A stretch of DNA of 60,112 nucleotides, taken from assembly GCF_001194135.2 (NCBI RefSeq), contig NC_068981.1:15319981-15380092 (forward strand). Direction: 5' to 3'. Below the pieces are notes generated by a model that had not been told where the DNA came from, searched no databases, and saw only the letters and a program-made list of their open reading frames with translations. This DNA comes from Octopus bimaculoides. Taxonomy: Eukaryota. How positions within the stretch are numbered: position 1 is the first letter of the stretch; each line of letters starts with the position of its first letter. This document shows, piece by piece, positions 51,590 through 60,112 of this stretch. The translations under genes and the position numbers were made by a program.

Positions 51590-51963
51590 ATTTTACTTCT
51601 TTCGGATATTGGACTGAAGCCAGGCTGGGACCCCACTTTGAAGAATTTTGTCGAAAAAAATCGATCCCAGTGCTTATATTTGTTAAGCCGGAATTTATTG
51701 TATCTATAATTAGTGTATCGAACTGCTAAAATACGGGGGTGTAAACACCAACATCAGTTGTAAAGCGGCGGTATGTTTCCAGTACTAACGGAATGACACT
51801 CACAAAATCATATATTCATCTTTCAGTTTCCGTCTACCGAATCAACTCACAAGGCTTTGTCTGATCGGCCTAAGACTGTGGTAGATGAACCCCACAGAGT
51901 GTCATGCCGTGATACTGAACACGGAACCTTGTGGCTGGGAAGCAAACTTCTTGTCACACAGCC

Positions 51964-51965
<2 letters not shown>
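51590..51965. mobile_element. SINE B fragments (rearranged 3' part about 51590-51775; head/core on - at 51820-51965)
   Basis: TTTCAGTTTCCGTCTACC...CTCACAAGGCTTTG and a head remnant. Confidence 0.7.
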
Positions 51966-51994
<29 letters not shown>

Positions 51995-51999
51995 GGTGT

Positions 52000-52039
<40 letters not shown>

Positions 52040-52489
52040 GCATTCAGCAATAAGCGGACTTGGTTAACTGTATCAAACAAGAAGATAATAATTAGCATCC
52101 AAGGTAATTCTTAGTGTTCGATAAGTAATTCCAAATATCGCTTAGAAGATATTCATGAAATCCGGAGTAAATGACAACATGAGCAACGTTGGAAAATATC
52201 CACATCTTTAACTAATGGCTACTTCATATATAATCGTCAATCGTTTTTATTGTCCCAGCATATTCACATACAGGAAAATGGTACAAAAAAAGCAAACCTA
52301 TATATGAGAAAATGTATGCTAAGACAATGTTATGAAGGTAATCCAAACGAGATTCAGATCAATGAGTTATTTCATCGTACGTGGAAACAAAAACTGGCAA
52401 TTCATCTTACCCTGATCATTTTCGGTATGTAATAGAACTGCCTTTCTTACTTGCACAAGTAATGTTTAATTTCTATTTTTATGCGCCAA

Positions 52490-53690
52490 ACAAGATTGTC
52501 TTTCTCCGAATACAATTCTAACAATTTATAACTCCGCGCCTTCTTTTTATTTTTGTTTCGATGTAGCCTGTCAACATCACTTTTGGGGCTGAGTGCACCG
52601 TGTATTGGCAGATTTTCCCTTCTTTCCTTATCTGAGGATTGTAGTTTCTCTGACCGCCATTGTCACGCGAAAGAAATTCCCTAGAAATATTTGCTTGTAA
52701 CTTATTATACCCAATCGGTTTAGTTTTTAACGTTAATTTTAGCCTTCTGTAACTCTCACATACAATAACTTTTGCGTTGGGCGTTTCATCAATTCGCCCA
52801 CTTCAAATATGTCCACATACGTACCTCCTTCCTTGTCCATTCACTTCATTCCATCTCCCATGGACAACGTCCCACCATCCACTTATTGTACATTACCGCT
52901 TTTTAGAATCAATGCTCCCCGCTTTTTATGTCTTAATTCCATTCTAATATCCACGCTAAAGCAATGCTCTGTTTGAATAATTGAATTCAGCTAGTTTTCA
53001 TCTTTCCCATAAAGTTTCAGGTCGTCCATAAAAAAGAACGTAATTGATCTTATCTTTTCTTTTCTTGAACTCATATCCAGCTCTTGTATTTCGCAAAGCC
53101 AGTCAACGGATTCATGCACAAAAGAAATTGCAAGCTATCTCCTTAGAAGTTTCCACGTTTGATGGTGACAAACCCTAAGCGTTGTGAGTTCAACGGTCCA
53201 TCTATTCATACTTCGTTTCAATAGATTTAGGATATTTTGTGTAATAAGGAGGCATGGCATATGCTTTCTGGAAGTCCATCCACACCATTCTTAAGTTATG
53301 GTTTCGTATCATGCAGTTTTTCAACAATATCTTATCTATCATAAGACGGCGAGCTGGCAGAAACTAACGGGTGAAACACTTAGCGGTATGTTGTCTGTCT
53401 TAACGTTTTGAGTTCACATTCCACTGAGGTAGACTTTGCCTTTCATCCTTTCGGGGTCGATAATTTAAGAACCAGTTGTGTACTGGATTCCATCTTATCG
53501 ACTGGTCCCCTTCCCCGCCAAAAAATGTCTAGCCTTGCGCCTAGAGTAGAAAAGAATACCCTATCTATCATAAGTCGGTTCTTTGTATTCTCTACATCAA
53601 CGTTTAAACCTTTTTTTATAGTTGTTCTGGCCCATGATCTCGTACATGTCATCCAACATAATTCCGGTTGATTACTAATCAAGATTCAAA
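52490..53690 (-). mobile_element. R4/Dong-type reverse transcriptase fragment, interrupted by a SINE
   Basis: MIDKILLKNC...NLRMVWMDFQKAY, GYEFKKRKDKINYVLFMDDLKLYGKDEN, HGALSPKSDVDRL. Confidence 0.88.
53346..53558 (+). mobile_element. SINE family A (tail type 1) with 13-bp TSD
   Basis: TATCTATCATAAG at 53333-53345 and 53562-53574. Confidence 0.92.
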
Positions 53691-54711
53691 AATGCTTTAA
53701 CCGTCCTCTGTATGAGGCGGCAAAACTGCTCCAGATCTCACGCTGATAATTCTACTACTGCGTTTGGTTTCTTTCAAAAGTTCTTTTTCAAAGTCGACTC
53801 TTGTCCAATTTTCTCACGCACAATCCACCCAGATATGTTTTTCGAGGCTTACTTCCCGAGAACTACATCATTGTTGTTATTGATCAATCACGTGAGAAGG
53901 CATGTTTTTTTTTTCTCTTTAAAATATGATCTATTTTAACACTGCCAAGTGTTACCAAAAGACGTAAGTAACTTGAGTAATGTCTGCCCTTAATGCCTCT
54001 TCGATTGTTAATACTAAGTATATCCTGTACAAGGTTGTGATGACTTAGTCGGAGGTAGTTTGGAATTTCTGGCCTTGCTTAGGTATTCCTACGTCAGATC
54101 TCTGCATCTGTTCGCTACCCCACTCTGTCTCTGTCTCTCCCTCTCTCTTTCTTTCTCTCTCCTACTATGTGAACTTCTCACATATTATCAGCTTTCAGAT
54201 AACTGCATAGCATTTCTGGGCCTAATGGAAAGAGTATTGAAGTAGTTCCTGCTTATGTTTCACTTCTCCTCATTACTTATTTATGGATGTTTGCTACGCC
54301 TTCTTTTCCATTTTAAGCATGACACTGACAAAGATAGCGAAAAGGAGATGGTGGTATCTCGTACAAAGGACACGCAGAGTATCATTTATAAGAAATATCA
54401 CGAAAGATGTGTGGCTAAAAAGGCTCTTAAGTTCATGAGGTTAAAAAAATAAAGATATATTTATGTTTCTCATGTGGTTAAGAGAAAAGAAACCAAAATA
54501 TTTACAATAGAAATATGGAAACCAGGCGCAAAATAACTGCGTTTAAAACATTAGACGAAACAGTCACAACAAAACCCAGAAGAATAGGAACAAATATATG
54601 GTTACAATATTTTAGTGTGTTTCCGAAGACTGAACACGGAGATAGATGGGGAGAGAGTTACCAAGCTTCTAAACTTGGTGAGAGAGTATTGTTTTCGTAA
54701 CATGTTTCAAA

Positions 54712-54785
<74 letters not shown>

Positions 54786-55372
54786 GCTACGATGGCAACT
54801 ATTCACTACCAGTGAACTAAGGTAGCACCCCTAATTTTTGAGCACAGTCTGGAATATAGGAGGGGCTGCAGGCAGTGCTGTTTTCTGCAAGTGCTCCACC
54901 CTTATTGCAGCCCTATTTGTTCCATGTAATTCTCAAGATTTTTACTCACTGTTACCAGAGCTCCGACAATTATTGGTACTACTAGCACATTTTTCATCAA
55001 CCACAACTTCTTAACCACCAAAGCTAACCTGTTATATCTATCGGCTTTGCATTCTTCCTTATCGCATACCTTATTGTCAGCTCGGCATGCTATATCTATG
55101 ATCCAGCAACGCTTGCTCTCTTTCTCAATTAGCATCGTGTCTGGTTTCCTATTCTCTATCTCATAGTCACACTAAATTATAAAATCCAATAGGAGCTTTG
55201 CATTATCATTTCCGAAGATGCCTTCGGGTCTATGTTCGTACCGCACTGTTTTGCTCTGTCGAGTCTATACTTTGCAAATTGTCCAATGGACAATCCTTCC
55301 AATATTGTCATGATGTCTCCAAAGTCCCCAGATATTTATATCCATTAGTCTCAATATCCTTGTCTTCCTCGC
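54786..55372 (-). mobile_element. R4/Dong-type RLE fragment flanked by (TTA)n on both sides
   Basis: GYKYLGTLE / RHHDNIGRIVHW / YEHRPEGI / ENRKPDTMLIEKESKRCWIIDIAC / VPIIVGAL; (TTA)n at 54712-54785 and 55373-55452. Confidence 0.88.
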
Positions 55373-55389
55373 CATTATTATCATCATCA

Positions 55390-55452
<63 letters not shown>

Positions 55453-55453
<1 letters not shown>

Positions 55454-55570
55454 AGCGGAGCTGGTAGAATCAAAATGCTTAGCGGCACTTCGTCCATCTT
55501 CACGTTCTGAGTTCAAATTCCTCCTTTCGGGGTCGATGAATTAAGTACCAGTTGCGCACTGGGGCTTGTG
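55453..55570 (+). mobile_element. SINE family A, internally deleted
   Basis: GCGGAGCTGGTAGAATC...GAGTTCAAATTCC...CTTTCGGGGTCGAT. Confidence 0.8.
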
Positions 55571-55624
55571 TCTATAGTAGAAAGGATTATTATTATTTAT
55601 TGGTATTATTATTTTTTTGTTGTT

Positions 55625-55900
55625 GTGGTTGTCATGGTTGTTGCTTTACTTCTCAGAACGTTTAGTCTTGTTTGTTCCGGTAGATTCTGTGAGAGCGGAT
55701 ACCAGCCTGCTGCTAGAGGTCTCATAGGGCCTCTCTTCGTACATTATAAGCTGACACATTTGGTTGTTAATTATCGTGGGGGACATTCAACATACATGTA
55801 CTAATCTCAAAATCTTAGCTGTCCACAGCAGATCTGTTTTTTGGGCTTGCTCTGCTGTCATATCAATTCCGATTTCTTTGACATATTTCTCGTATTTTAT
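55625..55900 (-). mobile_element. 3' end of an R4/Dong-type LINE (last codons and 3' UTR)
   Basis: YEKYVKEIGIDMTAEQAQKTDLLWTAKILRLV; the 5' junction abuts (TTA)n at 55908-55970. Confidence 0.8.
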
Positions 55901-55905
55901 TATTG

Positions 55906-55972
<67 letters not shown>

Positions 55973-56999
55973 GTCATACTTCGTATTTTTTCATTTTATT
56001 CGATAAAAAGAAAAATTCCGTTAGAAATTTGTTATTGATTGTTCTATCCAGTTTTTTGTTTATGGAGAGAATATCTGAGAATTATGGTGAGTGTATACAC
56101 ACATTTTCCAACACAGGTCACTAAATAAACTTTGATTGTTTCTACTTGCTCTGAACCTTCAGCAATATTAACAATCTCTTAATTTTCACTTACTTTCATT
56201 TTGACGTTTAAGAGTTGTTCTTCGGAAATTTATGTAAAATCGAATGTTCAGACAATGAATTGTCTGCCAAGATACTATTGTCCAAATTACAAATGTCATT
56301 TATCCAACCGATTCAACCTTTTTTTATTACATACTGACATGAATTAAACTGACGAACTGAAAGAAACATTCCTTGACTATTTCTCCAAACTTCATCTATC
56401 ACATTGAGCATTATTTTATTTCAAATAATAATTTAATCAGTAAAACGTGAGTTTTACCCCTGTTATTAAAAATTTATATGAAATAACACCTTGTTTTGCG
56501 CTATAAAATGATAATAAAAAGACAATAGCGTTTGATTTATATAAATGGAATTCTCTGTCTCTATGTTAGAATAACTCAAACCTCACTGGCTGAATGCTAT
56601 GGTTGCTATTGGAAAATATTGGTTCAAAACCATAACGTGTATTTCTATCACTAACAAAAATCGAGATATACTTGGACATAATTTTTCTCTTAAAATATAC
56701 ATCTCCCTTCATTTTCAACACGTATTTTTCATGAGAATCATTAAAATACATATATGTTAGTCATAAAATACTCACGAGTTGAGCATAATGGGAGAAATTC
56801 GAATTCGTAAATATAAGAAAATTTGCTATTAAGCGGCGTTTCTGTCTCTCAGTATACGCTATTACATGTACGACCATAAAATGCTAAATATCATATTGTT
56901 AGCACTTATAGTCAATTGCAGGCATTGAATTAAATGCTAAAATTCTGTTAAATATTTTTCAATTAATTTGACGAAAACGGCAATGAAATATATTGCTCT

Positions 57000-57038
<39 letters not shown>

Positions 57039-57829
57039 GTATATATATATATAACGACAGTGTGTGAGTATTTGTGTAAATAATTCATTGTGTAAATAAA
57101 ATAACAACGAGAATATGTGGTACTAGCGTAAATTGTAGAAATTTATTATTTATCAAATCTTGTACTATAAATTTTGTGACTGTATTTCACGACTCCGGTT
57201 CTCCAATTATGCTCACGGAAATAAACACGAAACTGGGAATAATTTATACATAATGAGCAAGCAATGCAGCTGAAAATGAAATTGAAGTACTTTAAGAGAA
57301 AAACAAAATAAGAGCAAAGCGAAAATGAAAATCAAGATATTTGAGGGTATTGTAAGTGTAATGCGGAATAGATATTATATTTAATGCAAACAGATTCACA
57401 CAATACCTATTCTTGACAACAAAATTGTTCTAATGATAAAGCATATTTTTGTTAATAAAGTGATTTAATTAAAAGCAAATCTAAGAATGATGCAAGTTAC
57501 ATTTAAGATGGTGTCATAAATCACAATTTATCTCAAAACCAAAGCATTTCTCTTTGAATTAATTAGCAAAGAATATTAGGAGTATTTCTTAGTTTTAAAA
57601 TTGTTGATGTGATTCCAGTATATAATTTTTGTGAGCGTTACCATTCATTTCTATATTTTACGGAACTTTTACGACAGTTTCCTTTCTCAAAGCCTTTCAA
57701 AGACTGTACACAGTTATAAAAGATTTCGTTAATGATTGTAGGATAGTTAGAAATGTAAATTTTAACGGGATAAGAAAAACGGTGGCAAATCTTTGCAGTA
57801 AAATTATAAACTTTTAGAAGATTTTATTA

Positions 57830-58252
57830 CTCTTTTATTCTTTACTCTTTTAATTGCTTCAGTCATTTGAATGTGGCCATGCAGGAGCACCAACTTTAGT
57901 CGAGCAAGTCGACCCCAGGACTTATTCTTTGTAAACGTAGTACTTATTCTGTCGGGTCTTTTGCCGAACCGCTAAGTTACGGAGACGTAAACACACCAGC
58001 ATCGGTTGTCAAGCGATGTTAAGGGGGACAACCACAGACGCGCAAACATATACACACACATACATAATAAATATATACATATATACGACGGGCTTTTTTC
58101 AGTTTCAGTCTACCAAATCCACTCACAATAAGCTTTGGTTGGCCTGAGGCTATAGTAGAAGACACTTGCCCAAGTTGATACGCAGTGGACTGAACACGGA
58201 ACCATGTGGTTCGTAAGCATGCTACTTGCCACACAGCTACTCCTTCGCCTAT
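57830..58252 (-). mobile_element. SINE family B, full length
   Basis: Reverse-complement homology to 9676-10115, with an internal CA/TA tract. Confidence 0.9.
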
Positions 58253-58419
58253 CAAATATTATATAAGATTTATGTTAACTTGTAAAATAAATTGAAATCG
58301 TATTAGGCAATATTTAGCTCTACTCGCACCTGGGTTTAGGCTACCAGTTGGATTGCAAAACTACTTTTTGATTTCTCAATGTATTTGAGCATTATGACTC
58401 TGCCTATTTAGTTTATTGT

Positions 58420-58960
58420 ATTAAGTAAAAAATTCTGCAATGTTTTGGTAACATAACTGCTGTATTAGTCAAGTTACAACAGAAATAGCTTAGCATTCAA
58501 ACTAGAGGCCATCGTGTTGTACCGTCTAAAGTTCATTAATACCGCGTTAATAGCAATTCTTCTTCTTCGAAGCGAAGAACTCCTTCACTAAATCTTTCAC
58601 TTCTATTTACTTGATGTGCATGATTTGAGCCGTGAAACGGAATAAGTAAAAATCCATGGTAGCTAGGTCCACGCCATACGCTGGGTGTAGCATTAGTTCG
58701 CTTCCCTCATGTTACAGATCGTTCGAGAAGTATGAGGTTTTGCATTGTCTGCCTGCATAACAGATCGCTGTCTATTAATACTGGGTGTTTCCAGCACAAT
58801 GGCATACATCCGGTTGAGCCTTTTAGAATATAGGTTGTTAACGATGGTTCGACCACCCGGAAGGTCTCGTAGTAAACTATCCTCTCATAATTTCGCCAGA
58901 CGCAGGCCATCATATTGTGTTCATATTTGGTGACAGGTTCCGGAAGCTGACTTTGATTAA
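58420..58960 (-). mobile_element. Mariner (DD34D-type) transposase 3' half, decayed
   Basis: MMACVWRNYERIVYYE, KHPVLID, ADNAKPHT (QDNAKPH-like) and a YSPDLAP-like region. Confidence 0.82.
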
Positions 58961-58989
58961 CCACTGCTTATGCACGTTTGGATTGCGGA

Positions 58990-59285
58990 AAATATATTTC
59001 TCGGATCATTACTTGTTCCGATCCATGGCTTACGTCCTGTGTTCGCAACGCTTCATCAACCAACTGGAGGTGGATGCTTTAGCGAAAAACTTCTTCGCTT
59101 CGAAGGACAAGGACTGGCATCAGTGTAAGATCAAAAGAACTGGCAGGAAGGTAGCTTCAGATGGTATAAGACAAGGGCCTCCACTTCGAATGCTCGGCTA
59201 CTTCAGTTCTAACTTGATGAATAAAGCAAACAACTTACCAAAATGTTGGAATCCGTTATAAAAGCAGTGATATCTGAAATAACTA
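58990..59285 (+). mobile_element. Mariner transposase C-terminal fragment, opposite orientation
   Basis: SDHYLFRSMAYVLCSQRFINQLEV...FFASKDKDWHQCKIK (PSDYHLFRSM-like). Confidence 0.82.
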
Positions 59286-59287
59286 TG

Positions 59288-59529
59288 TATTTGGTTGGTG
59301 TACAATTATTGCGGCTTTTTCCAACAAATTTTATTCAACAAAAACAATAACAATATTTAACAAAAACATATTTAAATGACCGTCTGACCATCTGCCTAGC
59401 AAATGGCAAGCAGTTATTTAAGTAGATAGTGAATATGCTCCGGAATAATCATTTGTTACATGTTGGTATAGTTTTTGTTGAATAAAATTTGCTGAATAAA
59501 ACCTGCAGTAATTATGCACCAACCCAATA
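59288..59529. mobile_element. Mariner-type MITE with about 55-60 bp imperfect TIRs and TA ends
   Basis: TATTTGGTTGGTGTACAATTATTGCGG...AATTTTATTCAACAAAAAC versus GTTTTTGTTGAATAAAATT...CTGCAGTAATTATGCACCAACCCAATA. Confidence 0.85.
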
Positions 59530-59677
59530 TATTTCCTAATGATTAGTAATATTGGTGATTGGACTATTAGAAAGTTTACCAGCAATATTCACACACACAC
59601 ACACACACATGTATGTGATTTATATGTGTATATATTTATATGTATGTGTGTATCTCTCTCACTCTCTTTGCGCGCGC

Positions 59678-59716
<39 letters not shown>

Positions 59717-59739
59717 TGTCTGTGTGTATCTTCGTGTGT

Positions 59740-60095
59740 GTTAGTCGCACATCGCCATCTAGTGTGGCTAAAATCCCTGTAACTTAGCGGTACGGCAAAA
59801 AACACTAATAGAATAAGTACTAGGTTTTAAAACATAAGTTCTGGAGTTCAGAATTGATGCAGTGAAATAAGTGAAATAAGTAAAAGATATGTAAATATTT
59901 ATATACGTTTTCCTTCTGAATATCTGAATATATAGGCACAGGAGTGGCTGTGTGGTAAGTAGCTTGCCTACCAACCACATAATTCCGGATTCAATCCCAC
60001 TGCGTGGCAACTTCCGCAAATGTCTTCTGATATAACCTCAGGCCGACCAAAGCATTGTGAGTGGATTTAGTAGATGGAAACTGAAAGACGCCTGT
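59740..60095 (+). mobile_element. SINE B 3' part (59740-59885) followed by a SINE B head/core (59935-60095)
   Basis: Homology to 9676-10115. Confidence 0.85.
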
Positions 60096-60112
60096 CATAT
60101 ATATATATATAT

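Noticed and set aside
52259-52337. 79-nt exon-like segment (CCCAG|...|GTAATC)
   Set aside because: One open frame but no recognisable protein and no phase-compatible open link to the 42.7 kb candidate.

Overview
AT-rich eukaryotic (metazoan) non-genic DNA from a gapped draft scaffold. There are 11 N-runs, nearly all flanked by microsatellites. The repeat families resemble those I recall from Octopus/coleoid genomes, but that is inference, not a database result. No host protein-coding gene, rRNA, bona fide tRNA or CRISPR array can be supported. The long ORFs in the track are N-gap read-throughs or microsatellite translations. The window is mostly decayed mobile DNA: tRNA-derived SINEs (at least 4 families, several with clear 12-15 bp TSDs), Penelope-like elements (RT and GIY-YIG fragments from at least 2 families), about 7 fragments of R4/Dong-type RLE LINEs, a stop-free gag-like (CCHC) ORF1 island between two gaps, Tc1 and mariner transposase relics, and a mariner-type MITE. 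The most interesting observations are: (i) a tRNA-headed element carrying a degenerate Penelope-type minimal hammerhead ribozyme, with an inverted partial copy abutting its 5' end and an R4/Dong fragment inside its (AAT)n tract (49.2-50.2 kb); (ii) two inverted, diverged copies of an unidentified coding-like segment (11.1-11.3 and 16.3-16.5 kb); (iii) a circularly permuted Penelope-associated repeat; (iv) a perfect 28-bp inverted repeat; (v) a fold-back mariner structure. Repeat boundaries were read by eye and are approximate (about +/-20 bp) unless a TSD or TIR is quoted.
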